Source of the DNA: Terriglobia bacterium
Lineage (GTDB): Bacteria; Acidobacteriota; Terriglobia; 20CM-2-55-15
Length of the DNA: 64,000 bases
Reading direction: 5' to 3'
NCBI GenBank assembly: GCA_963664115.2
Contig: CAXWPJ010000011.1
Location: 32,001-96,000, forward strand
In this document: positions 49,066 to 60,126 of the stretch, piece after piece
Layout of the letters: every line of letters starts with the position of its first letter
How positions within the stretch are numbered: the stretch's first letter is position 1
Notes under the pieces: generated by a model
What the model saw: only the letters and a program-made list of their open reading frames with translations
The model's database searches: none
Told to the model about the DNA's origin: nothing
Position numbers and translations under genes: made by a program

Positions 49066-52000
49066 ATGAAGCGAACAATTCTTGCACTGTCTGTTGGAGC
49101 ATGCCTGCTCCTCAGCGGCCCTAACCTTTGGGCACAGGCTTCGGCACAGATCAACGGATCGGTCACCGACACGACGGGCGCGGTCCTGCCTGGCGTCGAG
49201 ATCACCGTGACGCAGACCGAAACGGGTATCGGGCGAACCGTCCTGAGCAATGAGACGGGTGCCTACGTTCTGGTAAACCTGCCTCTCGGCCCCTTTGGGC
49301 ACAGGCTTCGGCACAGATCAACGGATCGGTCACCGACACGACGGGCGCGGTCCTGCCTGGCGTCGAGATCACCGTGACGCAGACCGAAACGGGTATCGGG
49401 CGAACCGTCCTGAGCAATGAGACGGGTGCCTACGTTCTGGTAAACCTGCCTCTCGGCCCCTATCGGTTGGAAGGGGGATTGCCGGGTTTCCAGACATTCG
49501 TGGAGACCGGCACCCTGCAGGTCAACGACAGACGCGTGTCCAATGTCGTGCTTGAAGTGGGGCAGGTAACGCAGACGATAGAAGTGCAGGCCAACGCCGC
49601 GCTGGTCGAAACACGGAACGTCGCGATCGGGCAGCTTATCGAAAACGAGCGTATCCTGGCGCTGCCCCTGGACGGGCGCAACATTCAGAGTCTGATCACA
49701 TTGAACGGTGCAGCCGTCGATATGGGGGACAGCGGCAACCGCTTCTTCCCCGGGTCGCGGTTCGTCTCCCTCGGAGGAGCACCGCAAGGATTCGGCGTAG
49801 ACTACACGATGGACGGCGCCCAGCACCTGAACTATGCCACCGGCATCAGCATGCCGACACCGTTTCCGAACGCCACACAGGAGTTCAAAGTGGAGTCGAG
49901 CGGCCTGACTGCCGATCGTGGTAAGGCCGCCTCGGTGGGAGTGGTGACCAAGTCGGGCACGAACGCGTATCACGGCGATGTCTTCTGGTTCGTCCGCAAC
50001 GATCTGTTCAATGCCCGGAACTATTTTTCGTCCGTGGGCAGCACCCTGAAACGGAACCAGTTCGGTGGCACGGTCGGCGGACCCGTGATTCAGAACAAGC
50101 TGTTCTTTTTCGGAGGGTACCAGGGGACGACGATCCGCCAGGATCCGGGCGACGAGCGGCAGTTTATTCCGACGGCGGCGGTGCTGGCCGGGGACTTCAG
50201 GGCCCTCAGCTCACCAGCGTGCAATGGGGGGCGTCAGGTGACGCTGGGAGCGCCGTTCGTTGACAATCAGATCGATCCCGCGCTGTTCAGCCCAGCGGCC
50301 GTCAACATCGCCAACCGTTTGTTGGCCAATGCGCCAGCGCCGCAGGACGAGTGTGGTGAGGTGACCTACGGTGCCCGGGTCCCGGAGGACCGCCAGGAGT
50401 ACATCGCCAAGGTGGACTATCAGGTGACACCCAGCCATTCGTTGTTCGGCCGGATGCTGATCAGCGGCATCCAAATAGGCCATCCGTACGAACAGGATCC
50501 CGACAACATACTGCTGTCTAACGACGCGGGCTACGACAACCTGGCGCAGTCTTGGGCATTCGGCTCCACCTATTTGCTCGGCGCCAACAGCGTAAACTCT
50601 TTCCGCTTTGCGTACAATCGGTCGGCCAACCGCCGCGTCGGTTCCGTGATGGGGTTCAGCTACTGCGACGTTGGCGTGAAGATGTACTGCGGCTATGACC
50701 CGACGCATATCGGCCGTTTGCGGGTCAGCGGGGCGTTTACGATCGGCGCAACGACCGGATCGGGCGACGACGAGAATACCTACTTCCCGCAGGCCTATCA
50801 GTTCAGCGACGACGTCAGTTGGGTCCGGGGCAGCCACCAGTTTTCGTTCGGCACCGGATACACCTATGCCAAGTTCGGTTCGGTGAATCACTTCGCTTCC
50901 GCTGCCCAGGTCGATATGGATTCGATGGCGGATTTCTTTTTGGGCCAAACCGACGATTTTTTCATGGGCACGCCGGCCGAGCTCTCCATTAACCAGAACT
51001 TCTTCTCCCTCTACGGAGCGGACGCCTGGCAGGCCACGCCCAATCTTACGGTGAGTTACGGCCTGCGGTGGGAGCCCTATCTGGCTCAGAACGTTCCCCT
51101 TGCGAACGTTTACACCTTCGAAATCGACCGGTTCCGGGCGGGACAGAAGAGCAGCGTCTTCCCGAACGCGCCCGCGGGCTTGATCTATCCCGGCGATGAC
51201 GGGTTTCCGGATGGTCTGAAGGGCATCGAGAACCAGTGGGGGAACTTTGCGCCGCGCCTGGGCTTTGCCTGGGACATTCAGGGTGACGGCCGGACCTCGC
51301 TGCGCGCCTCTTACGCCTACACCTATGCGTTCGTTTCCGGCGATTGGCGCGACACCTACAACGGACATCCACCGTTCGGGGGCCGGACCACATTGCAGGG
51401 CCGGACCCTGGACGATCCCTGGGCGGACGCGCCGGGCGGGGATCCCTTTCCGTTGAACCTGGACGCGAGTGTGGCCTATCCGCCGGGGGGCATATTTGTG
51501 GGTGTGCCGACGGATTTGCAGACGCCCACCACGTCGTCTTGGAACGTGAGTCTTCAAAGGGAGGTCGCGGGTTCCTGGCTGTTGTCTGGGAGTTACATCG
51601 GGACCCTGACGACACACCTGTGGGCGCTGCAACCAATCAATCCGGCGTTGTACTTCCCGGGAAGATTCGATGCGAACGGGGAATGCACAGCCGGGGGGTT
51701 CACGATTACAGGCCGGGCCGGAAGAACCTGCTCCACGAGGGGCACTACCCAGGCGCGCCGCAGGTTCAGCCTGGAACGGCCGGCGGATGGGCAGTTGATG
51801 TCCCATGTCTCGCAGATGGATCCGGGCGGAACGCAGTCCTACCAAGGCATGCTGCTGTCGGTCCAGCGGAGGGCCGCAAGCGGCGTCACCGTCAGCGGCA
51901 ACTACACCTGGTCCCATTGCATTGGTCCGAATGCGGCCCTGGAGGCCATGGGTCCTCACGTGGACAACACCTACAGCAACCCCGACGACCGGGATTTCGA

Positions 52001-52559
52001 TCGCGGCAATTGCAACGCGGACCGGCGGCACGTCGTGAATCTGACGGCCGTGGCCGAAACACCGGAGTTTGCGAATCCGACGTTGCGTGCCATCGCGACC
52101 GGATGGCGGCTGTCTGGAATCTACCGGTTGTCTTCGGGAAGCCCGCTCAGTATCATCGCCGGCGGCGACCCTGCGTTGAGTGGCGTCGCTTTTCGCGGTG
52201 GCCGCATTCAGCGCGCGAATCAGATACTGGACGACGTGTTTGACAACCGGAATGCCGATCCGGGGACCAACTACCTGAATGCCGCTGCGTTCGCAAAGCC
52301 CGCGGCGGGAACGCTCGGCAACAGCGGCCGGAACAGCATTCAAGGTCCAGGAACCTGGGGGCTCGACGTGGCCTTGACGCGCGTGTTTCAGTTCGGTGAC
52401 ACCCAACGGATGGAAGTTCGGGCCGAGGCGTTCAACTTGACGAACAGCTTCCGTCCGGTGAATCCCGCGACCGAGCTTCGTACGTCGAGGACCTTCGGCA
52501 TAATTCGGAATTCCTACGATCCCCGAATCCTGCAGTTTGCTCTGAAGTACGTCTTCTAA
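49066..52559 (+). CDS. Oar-type TonB-dependent receptor with a carboxypeptidase-regulatory N-domain; frameshifted by a 167-bp tandem duplication
   Basis: Signal peptide, G.VTD.TGAVLPGV, LPLDGRN, TKSGTN, RNQFGG, terminal PRILQFALKYVF. Confidence 0.9.
49125..49458 (+). repeat. 167-bp tandem duplication (49125-49291, 49292-49458)
   Basis: The two units read identical; CCT microhomology at the junction. Confidence 0.92.
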
Positions 52560-52580
52560 TCGATAAGGATTAGGAAATTC

Positions 52581-52615
52581 AACGGCCTTCCTCGATACCG
52601 GGGAAGGCCGTTTTT
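52581..52615 (+). terminator. Rho-independent terminator after the TonB receptor
   Basis: AACGGCCTTCC / GGAAGGCCGTT stem followed by a T run. Confidence 0.8.
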
Positions 52616-52784
52616 ATTGGTGCGCCAGGCATGGCGCTGAGCGCCATGATGTGGCGATGGACAACCGGGGAGCGACAGCGAACCGGGGGAAGTGACATGA
52701 CCACGCCGTTCCCGACTGTGGGGTTGGTGGAAACGGTGTTTCAGATGGGACGCTCTATCACCGTCAGTCGTTGTTCAGAGATCC

Positions 52785-54140
52785 TCAATTGGGATAGCCG
52801 GCATCTTCGAGCACGGAGTCGAGCAATGCCTGCCTCTGGGCCGCTTCAAAGATCCGACCGTCCGCAACGACGGCCGCAACGCGCCTGAGGTTGCGAATCT
52901 CGGTCAGAGGATCCCCGTCCAGCAGAACCAGGTCGGCCAGCTTGCCGGCTTCTACCGTTCCCAACGAATCTTCCATGTCCAGGAGTATCGCGGGGTACAG
53001 CGTCCCAGCTCGCAGCGCCTCCAATGGGCTCACACCGGCTTCTACGAACAGTACGAGTTCATCGACGCCCGTGAATCCCGGGAGCCGGGTTCCACCTGCC
53101 GAATCCGACGAGGCAATCAGTCGTACCCCGGCCTCGGACGCCATCCGTGTGAGCCGCTGGCTGAGCTCGTAACGTGCCTGGGCGGTGGGCGATATTTCGT
53201 CGGGTAAGGTGCCAAACGAGGATCGTTTCGCAGGCTTCACATATTGAAGACGTGTTTCGGCCATCAGCGGGCTGTCGGCGGTCAACGGCAGGGTGCCGAT
53301 AAGCGTCGGACCGAAAAAGGTGCCGTTGTTCCGAAGCTTTTCCAATCCGTCTTCGCACTTCGGGACATCGATCCGGCCCGCCCCCTGATCGTCCTCCGGG
53401 ACACAATACGCAACGAGAGGGCCCAGGTGTTCAATACTGACCTGCCCTGCGTCCGAGGCCTCGACTATGGTCACGGCGCGGGGAACGTGCCCTGCGAGAG
53501 GTATCCCCAGGGCCTGGGACCTCTCGGCAATAGACGCATAGATTTCCGGTGAGAAGTTTCCGTGCATTTTCACCAGGTCCATTCCCGCTTCCTTCAGCAG
53601 ATCTACAACCAGCCGTCCCACCTGCGGTGTGGGTACCTGGATGGTAGTGTTCAGTGAGCGGGGATTCGGCGCTCCTGCATCGAGCAACGGACCCGAGGCA
53701 ACGATCCTGGGGGCCGCGATTCCCAGTTCCCGGATTCGCCGCCTGCCCTCCACGAGTTGTTCGACAGTGCTGCCCATGTCGCGCACGCCGGTGACGCCGT
53801 TGGCGATGTACAGCTGAAACATGGCCATGCTGTCACCGTAGTCGATCCCGTAGTGGACAAACGCGTGCGCATGCATTTGCCAGAGCCCGGGGATCAGAAA
53901 CTTCCCGCGACCATCGACTATTCGTGCGCCTGGAGGCACGTCGACTCCTGGGGCGGAACCCACTTCGGCGATCCGGTTTCCCTCGATTAACACGGTCCGG
54001 TCGGCCAAACGAGCGCCGGTCTCCACGTCAATCACGGTGACATTTTCGATCGCCGTTGACGTGTTCGTGCCCTGCGCCCAGAGGGTCGGTACACACGCGA
54101 GAACACAGATCAAACTAGCGAGGACAATCAAGCGATGCAT
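52785..54140 (-). CDS. Exported amidohydrolase (Amidohydro_1)
   Basis: DGRGKFLIPGLWQMHAH, GVTGVRDMG, GHVP, SIEH, SSD, GKLADLVLL. Confidence 0.92.
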   Translation of the reverse strand: MHRLIVLASLICVLACVPTLWAQGTNTSTAIENVTVIDVETGARLADRTVLIEGNRIAEVGSAPGVDVPPGARIVDGRGKFLIPGLWQMHAHAFVHYGIDYGDSMAMFQLYIANGVTGVRDMGSTVEQLVEGRRRIRELGIAAPRIVASGPLLDAGAPNPRSLNTTIQVPTPQVGRLVVDLLKEAGMDLVKMHGNFSPEIYASIAERSQALGIPLAGHVPRAVTIVEASDAGQVSIEHLGPLVAYCVPEDDQGAGRIDVPKCEDGLEKLRNNGTFFGPTLIGTLPLTADSPLMAETRLQYVKPAKRSSFGTLPDEISPTAQARYELSQRLTRMASEAGVRLIASSDSAGGTRLPGFTGVDELVLFVEAGVSPLEALRAGTLYPAILLDMEDSLGTVEAGKLADLVLLDGDPLTEIRNLRRVAAVVADGRIFEAAQRQALLDSVLEDAGYPN

Positions 54141-54249
54141 ACAGCCTCCCTCTTCAAACGAACATTGTTTGTCTCAATTGGTCTGCAAGAATAAGCGAAT
54201 CCAGCAGCTTCAGACTGCGGACCACGAGCGCTGAAACGAACGGAATGCC

Positions 54250-55320
54250 TTACAAGGAGAAGATTCTCTCGGCGTTTTCCTGATAGATCATCCGCTTGTC
54301 GGCATCCGAAATCGGCGTCGCGTCCATCCAGGTGGTCCCCGGCGTACTGGGAGCGAAGGGGTAATCGACGCCGAACATGATTCTCTCCGGTCCCAGGACC
54401 GAATGGACGAACATGAACACCGGATCCCAGAACATGGCGCTCGTAACGACTGCGAAGTTGTCCATGAAGTACTCGCTGGGTCGGCGCGCGGTGGCGGGCA
54501 TTCCGGGTCTTGTGGAGGAGATCACATCGAGTCGGCTGAGCCAGAACGGGACGCCTTCGCCCAGGTGTCCCAGGACGATCTTCAGGTTCGGGAATTGCTC
54601 AAAGACGTCGCTCATGAGCAGTCGAACCACATGCATGGACGTTTCCATGCCGAAACCCCACAGGGGCCCCTCCATGTTGTAATCGGCGACACCCTGGTAT
54701 ATCTGGTCCGGCGGGATCCTCGGATGCAGATAGACCGGAACGTCCAGGGACTCGGCGGCTTCGAGTATTGGCCAATATTTCCGCTCGTCCAGGAACTCGT
54801 TGTTCGTGTGCGAGTTGATCAGTATGCCGTTCAACCCTAGGGTCGAGATCCCTCTCTCGGCTTCCTGGGCGGCAGAGGCAGGATCCTGGGTGGCCACCGT
54901 GACCAGCCCGGCGAAGCGGTCGGGATACTGGCGGATCGCCTCCGCCAGTCTATCGTTCACAAGGCTTGCGAGCTCGCGACCCAGCTGCGGGTTGAATATC
55001 TGAACCCCGGGAGACCAGAGTGCGAGTATCTGCTTGTCGATGCGGGCCGCGTCCATCGTCGCGATACGGCCTTCCCCCAGATCGGTCAGAGCATTCGCCA
55101 TTGCATCTTCCAGAGGCGTCACCGGAGATGGCTGGCGATCGGGATCCTGGCGGACAAACTCTCGGATAGCGTCCAGAAACTCGGGAATCGCGAAGGTCTC
55201 TTCAGCAGCGATCCGCTGAAAGTTGGCGCCGCCTCCCTGGGCCGAAAGCTTCCCGGCGGCAGCGAGCGCCGATGAGGCCAGAGCCGCGTTCTTGAGAAAT
55301 GCTCTTCGAGTTTGATCCAT
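54250..55320 (-). CDS. Tat-exported Amidohydro_2 protein, LigW / dihydroxybenzoate-decarboxylase-like
   Basis: TRRAFLK; IAAEE, PGVQ, INSHT, YLHPR, GHLGE..PFWL.RLD, DYPF. Confidence 0.88.
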   Translation of the reverse strand: MDQTRRAFLKNAALASSALAAAGKLSAQGGGANFQRIAAEETFAIPEFLDAIREFVRQDPDRQPSPVTPLEDAMANALTDLGEGRIATMDAARIDKQILALWSPGVQIFNPQLGRELASLVNDRLAEAIRQYPDRFAGLVTVATQDPASAAQEAERGISTLGLNGILINSHTNNEFLDERKYWPILEAAESLDVPVYLHPRIPPDQIYQGVADYNMEGPLWGFGMETSMHVVRLLMSDVFEQFPNLKIVLGHLGEGVPFWLSRLDVISSTRPGMPATARRPSEYFMDNFAVVTSAMFWDPVFMFVHSVLGPERIMFGVDYPFAPSTPGTTWMDATPISDADKRMIYQENAERIFSL

Positions 55321-55662
55321 ATTAATTCCCCTGAAAGTCCCTGAATATTTTTGATACATCCGCTCAGCCGACGACAAACGTCGTTTCGAGAGCAATGCGC
55401 AGGATCGCCTGGGGCCAACGATCGAACGATGTGATGACGCGATGCACTCGTTTTTTGCCCGATCATGCCACGGTGCTGGCTGACAAGAGCCCAAGATTAT
55501 ACCAACAGCAAACTTATACCAACCAGAAAGTCGCCCTGCACACGGGAGTGAAATCGTCCACCGCCGCGGGTGAATTTCCAATGTTCTTGAGGACGACGAT
55601 TACGGTGGTATGCTTGCGCAACCGTTCCCGGGAGAAACGCCTTTTTGCGAGGAGGATGACCT

Positions 55663-56754
55663 ATGAAGTCTTTATCGCGCCGGAGATTTGTTGGAAGCGT
55701 TGGCGCTCTGGGGGCGGCCGCGATTATTCCCGAAAGCATGTTCGAGGCGCAAAACGGGGTCGGCATCACCGGCAAAATCGATGTCCACCACCACCTCACA
55801 TCGCCGGCCTTCGTACGGTTCATGACCGAAAGTAACATCAGTGATTTTCCAGTTCGCTCACCGGCCGAAGCCATTGAGGATATGGACAGCAATGGCATTG
55901 CCATGGCGTTCACCTCGATGATCGGCCCGGGGATCTGGACGGGGAATCTCGATCGAACACGGACGCTCGCCCGCGCATGCAACGACTGGGCCGCACGATT
56001 GATGGGGGACTACCCGGGGCGATACGGCATGTTCGCTTTGCTGCCCCTTCCCGACATCGACGGGAGCCTTCGTGAAATCGAATACGCCTACGAAACACTC
56101 GGGGCTGACGGCATCTATCTGTATACCAACTTCGGACACACCCGGTTTTACGGGGACCAGTATCTGGGCGATCCGATGCTCGCCCCGATCTATGAGGAAC
56201 TCAATCGCAGAAACGCGATTATCTATGTTCACCCCAAAGACAACCTGTGTTGCCGCGAGGTCGTTCCAGGTGTGGACGGTTCCACGATCGAATACGGGAC
56301 GGATACGACACGCACTATCGTGAGTTTGCTGACCAGCGGCACTGCGGCCAGATACCCCAATATTAGCTTTATTTTCGCGCATGGCGGCGGCACAGCACCT
56401 TATCTGATCGGGCGGATCGCCGGAGCCGAAGCCGCGTACCTTCAGGAAGGGGGTGTGGTGCGACCGGGCGCGGCGGCTGCGCGCACTTCGGAGGCGATGC
56501 CGCGGGGACCGCTTCCCCAGATGCGAGAGTTTTACTACGACACCTCAAGCGTGGAGAATCCAGTGGCACTGGGAGCACTCAGAAAGCTCGTACCCGTAAC
56601 GCAGATCCTGTTCGGAACCGATTTCCCCTTTGGTTCCGGCGCCGCGTCGCATATCCGAAACCTGGAAGCCTCCGGAGTGTTGAACCCCGCTGAGCTTCGC
56701 GCGGTCTATCGCGACAATCCCGCGAGACTTCTGCCCCGTTTGCGCGACGCTTGA
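55663..56754 (+). CDS. Tat-exported Amidohydro_2 protein (ACMSD / 6-methylsalicylate-decarboxylase-like)
   Basis: SRRRFV; IDVHHH, YVHP, HGGG, YYDT, FGTDFPF. Confidence 0.9.
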   Translation: MKSLSRRRFVGSVGALGAAAIIPESMFEAQNGVGITGKIDVHHHLTSPAFVRFMTESNISDFPVRSPAEAIEDMDSNGIAMAFTSMIGPGIWTGNLDRTRTLARACNDWAARLMGDYPGRYGMFALLPLPDIDGSLREIEYAYETLGADGIYLYTNFGHTRFYGDQYLGDPMLAPIYEELNRRNAIIYVHPKDNLCCREVVPGVDGSTIEYGTDTTRTIVSLLTSGTAARYPNISFIFAHGGGTAPYLIGRIAGAEAAYLQEGGVVRPGAAAARTSEAMPRGPLPQMREFYYDTSSVENPVALGALRKLVPVTQILFGTDFPFGSGAASHIRNLEASGVLNPAELRAVYRDNPARLLPRLRDA

Positions 56755-57046
56755 TCGGGGAGGTGATGTCGGCGACTTCGACCCTGCCGGTTCGATATTT
56801 CGCGCTGGCTTTGATCGCGCAACCGGCATTGATTTTCTGCAACGATTCTTGAGGGCTAACGAAAGGTTTTCCAGCATTTATTCCCGTCGTTATCCTTTGA
56901 CGCAGCGTCTGGGTTCTTATAGGCTTTTGCCAGCTTTTTCACAGACACTGTTGAGGCAAGTTGGAGACACGATTGAGAGTGGCAAGGAGCCTCGGGTTCC
57001 AAGACGCACGGTGATTAATCAGTAAGCGTCCATCGGGAGAAGGATC

Positions 57047-57481
57047 GTGAGAAAAATCGTACCCTTCATAATCGCCCTTGTTTTTTGGGTCGAACCTGCA
57101 TTGACTCAGACCTCTCCGTCAATTGTAGGCGCTTGGGAACGGACACGGCGTGAGCCACCCGCTTTGCCTGCTTTCATAATGTTCAGCGCGGACGGGTATT
57201 TCTCCATGACGATACTACCGGCGGGTCGTCCCGAAGGGAGCATACGGGAGTTGACGCGGGAAGAATTGCTGGTTCGATACGAGCGTCTCGTGGCCCGGCG
57301 GGGACCCTATAGCATCGACGGCAACAGGCTGACTCGCCACGATGAGGCGCATCACAACCCGAATCTGGTCGGCAGAACGAACCTCAACTTGTTTCGGATT
57401 GAAGGCGGTATGCTCATTTTCTCTTCGGAAGATGGCATCGACACCGAATGGTACCGGCGTATGGAACCGTACGCACCTTAG
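57047..57481 (+). CDS. Exported lipocalin-like domain protein
   Basis: Signal peptide, IVGAW, FSADG, G.YSIDG. Confidence 0.65.
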   Translation: MRKIVPFIIALVFWVEPALTQTSPSIVGAWERTRREPPALPAFIMFSADGYFSMTILPAGRPEGSIRELTREELLVRYERLVARRGPYSIDGNRLTRHDEAHHNPNLVGRTNLNLFRIEGGMLIFSSEDGIDTEWYRRMEPYAP

Positions 57482-57630
57482 TCCGAGAGCTTCTCGCTGC
57501 GCGATTGTGCTGACACGCACTATCTTGAAAGCTGCCGCAGCTTGGATCCGTGCCTGAATTGGTGACGGTTGCATCGAACTGAAACGACAATTCCGGTGAG
57601 GTAGATCTACTTGAGATTGGGAGGCTCTAC

Positions 57631-58473
57631 ATGACTATGCACCTGTTAAGCCCCGTGTTTTTGGCATGGATCGTTCTCCATGCGTTCGCTCCAGTTGTTT
57701 CAGGGGCAGTCCTCCAGTCGGGCGCGGAAGTGCCTGCGGTTGGCGCCTGGTGGTATACCGGTGACGCGCCGCCCGCCGGATCGACTCCCGACCTGACCGG
57801 CGTTTTCTCCGGAGGCTCGAGCGGGGACTTGTCCCAGAGTACGCTGGAAGGCGAAGAGATGATCCTGACACAGTACGGCTACGACAGGTACCGGAGCGTC
57901 GATCATGCGAAGGATCCCAACACATTCTGCGTGCAGCCAGGTCCTGCCCGTATGATCATGATGCTCCATCCCGCCATGATCGTTCAGCGTTCCGATGCCG
58001 TGGTCATCCTTACCGAATCCCAGCGGACTTTCCGGATCATCTATACGGATGGCCGCCCTCATCCACCCGAAATCGACGACTATCCCGAGTTTATGGGAAG
58101 CTCGATCGGCCATTGGGAAGGAGAAACGCTTGTCGTGGAAACTGTGGCGATCAATGATCGCACTTGGCTGGACACTTCCGGGCATGAACACAGTGATCAG
58201 CTCAGCATGGTCGAGCGATTTCGCTTACGCGATCCGAATACAATAGAACACATCGTCACCTACACCGACCCGGTGTTTTTCGTGAGACCTTTCACAACGA
58301 TTCGGACCTTCACCCGTGACATCGGTGACCGCATCATGGATCATTCGTGTGTGGACAACGAACAGGACATCGAACACCTGCGGCCACTGATAGGCGGTAC
58401 AGGGCTCGATGTGGCGGTGTATCAGGACGAAGACGGTAATATTATCCGTCCGGAACCCCGCCCCGAACCCTGA
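57631..58473 (+). CDS. Exported hypothetical protein, DUF6152-partner family
   Basis: PDLTG, DP..FC...GP.R, IYTDGRPH, GSSIG.WEGETLVVET, DP, terminal Cys. Confidence 0.87.
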   Translation: MTMHLLSPVFLAWIVLHAFAPVVSGAVLQSGAEVPAVGAWWYTGDAPPAGSTPDLTGVFSGGSSGDLSQSTLEGEEMILTQYGYDRYRSVDHAKDPNTFCVQPGPARMIMMLHPAMIVQRSDAVVILTESQRTFRIIYTDGRPHPPEIDDYPEFMGSSIGHWEGETLVVETVAINDRTWLDTSGHEHSDQLSMVERFRLRDPNTIEHIVTYTDPVFFVRPFTTIRTFTRDIGDRIMDHSCVDNEQDIEHLRPLIGGTGLDVAVYQDEDGNIIRPEPRPEP

Positions 58474-58678
58474 GTGCCGGAAAATGGCTTGTACCGCGCT
58501 CGGAGCATCCAATGTGTCCAACCTTAAGAATCTGTTTTCGGCCGACGATCCCCACACGGGTTCCCAGCCGCAGCAATACCATTTGTTGTGACCCGCGGTC
58601 CGGATGATCCGGGATTCCAGCATTGGGCGTTAAAAGACAGGTTCTAGACGGAATTTCATCAACCACCGAGGAGACGAC

Positions 58679-59839
58679 ATGCAATCTTCAGGTCATACAC
58701 ACAACGGCTACGCCGGTCATTTGCAAGAAAAGCGGACCCACCTGCGGCATCCTTCACGGCGGGAATTTGTTGCCGGACTCGCGGGCGTGGCAGCAGGTGC
58801 TATCTTTCTTCCGCGTCCTTTTGCCGCACAGACGTCGCCACAGAACCGGATCGATGTCCATTGTCACTTTGTGCCGGCCGCCTATCTTGAGTTCCTGAAC
58901 GCCAATTACCCCGACATGCCTCGATCCTATTCCCCGCCAGACTGGGAGGTGTCCGAACACATTGAAGAGATGGACCGGGGCGGTGTCCGAACGAGCATTC
59001 TTTCGCTTCCGAGACCCGGCATATGGTATGGCGAGTTGGAGGGAATCCGAACGATTGCACGGGAGTGCAACGACGCCAACGCAAGGCTAGTCGCGGACTA
59101 TCCAGGCCGTTTTGGCATGTTTGCGACCTTACCGCTGACCGATATTGAGGGCAGCCTTCGTGAAACGGAATACGCGCTAGACACGCTGAAGGCTGACGGT
59201 ATCGCCATGAAGACCCCTTACGAGAACCTATGGCATGGGGACCCATTGTTCGCCCCGCTTTACGAAGAACTCAACCGGCGGGGAACCGTGGTTTACACCC
59301 ACCCCCAAGATGCTGCCTGTTGTGCGGGCACCGTGCCGGGAGTCGGCTCGCTCGTACCAAATGTTGGTAATACGACGGTCGAGTACGGTACGAATACGAC
59401 ACGAACGATCGCGAGTCTTTTATACAGCGGCACGGCTGCGCGTTACCCGAACATTCGTTGGATATTCTCGCATGCGGGAGGAACTGCACCGTTTTTGATC
59501 CATCGGTTCATCGGCGCCGGGCTCGCGCCGTATCTCAGAGACGGCGGCGTACTGGCCCCGGGCGCTTCTGAGCCCAGGGTGAGTCCGGAGATGCCGAGAG
59601 GGGCGCTGTATGAGCTCCAAAAGTTTTATTACGACACTGCGAACACCTATAACCCTGTGGCCATGGGGGCGCTCCGGAAAGTGGTGCCCGTTTCGCAGAT
59701 CGTATTCGGGTCCGATTTTCCGTACGGCTCCCCTTCAGTAATCGCTAATGGTCTTGCGGTATCCGAGGTATTCAACGCTCAGGAACTTCGGGCGGTCGAC
59801 CGCGACAACCTGGCCAGGATTCTGCCGCAGGTTCAATAG
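58679..59839 (+). CDS. Tat-exported Amidohydro_2 protein; paralogue of 55663-56754
   Basis: SRREFV; IDVHCH, YTHP...CC, HAGG, YYDT, FGSDFPY. Confidence 0.9.
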   Translation: MQSSGHTHNGYAGHLQEKRTHLRHPSRREFVAGLAGVAAGAIFLPRPFAAQTSPQNRIDVHCHFVPAAYLEFLNANYPDMPRSYSPPDWEVSEHIEEMDRGGVRTSILSLPRPGIWYGELEGIRTIARECNDANARLVADYPGRFGMFATLPLTDIEGSLRETEYALDTLKADGIAMKTPYENLWHGDPLFAPLYEELNRRGTVVYTHPQDAACCAGTVPGVGSLVPNVGNTTVEYGTNTTRTIASLLYSGTAARYPNIRWIFSHAGGTAPFLIHRFIGAGLAPYLRDGGVLAPGASEPRVSPEMPRGALYELQKFYYDTANTYNPVAMGALRKVVPVSQIVFGSDFPYGSPSVIANGLAVSEVFNAQELRAVDRDNLARILPQVQ

Positions 59840-60126
59840 GAATTGGTCCGCGATGCGCATCGGTGGTCGTCGCGAACTGTCGGAGACAGCGCCAGGACAA
59901 GGCGCGCGGCCGGAGGGCGAATAGGCCTACTGCAACCAGTCAGAGCATTTCGGACGGGAACCGTTAAAAACCTAAGAGACACTTGCCTGATCCCGACGGT
60001 CTTAAGGAGGATCGAATGAAGGAGAAAGTGTCGGCAGAGCCAACTCTTGTGCCCTGAGTACAAGGGCAGGAGTTTCGATGTGAGAAACGCGGGGAAGAAA
60101 CAAAAGCCCCCTCCCCGCGCAAAGGC

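Noticed and set aside
50211-52406. 731-aa minus-strand ORF and similar long antisense ORFs (2299-3660, 30668-32011, 45216-46145)
   Set aside because: Shadow frames of GC-rich real genes or IS copies, with no recognisable motifs.
52630-52648. Hairpin CATGGCGCT-G-AGCGCCATG
   Set aside because: Single copy between convergent genes; probably termination-related or chance.
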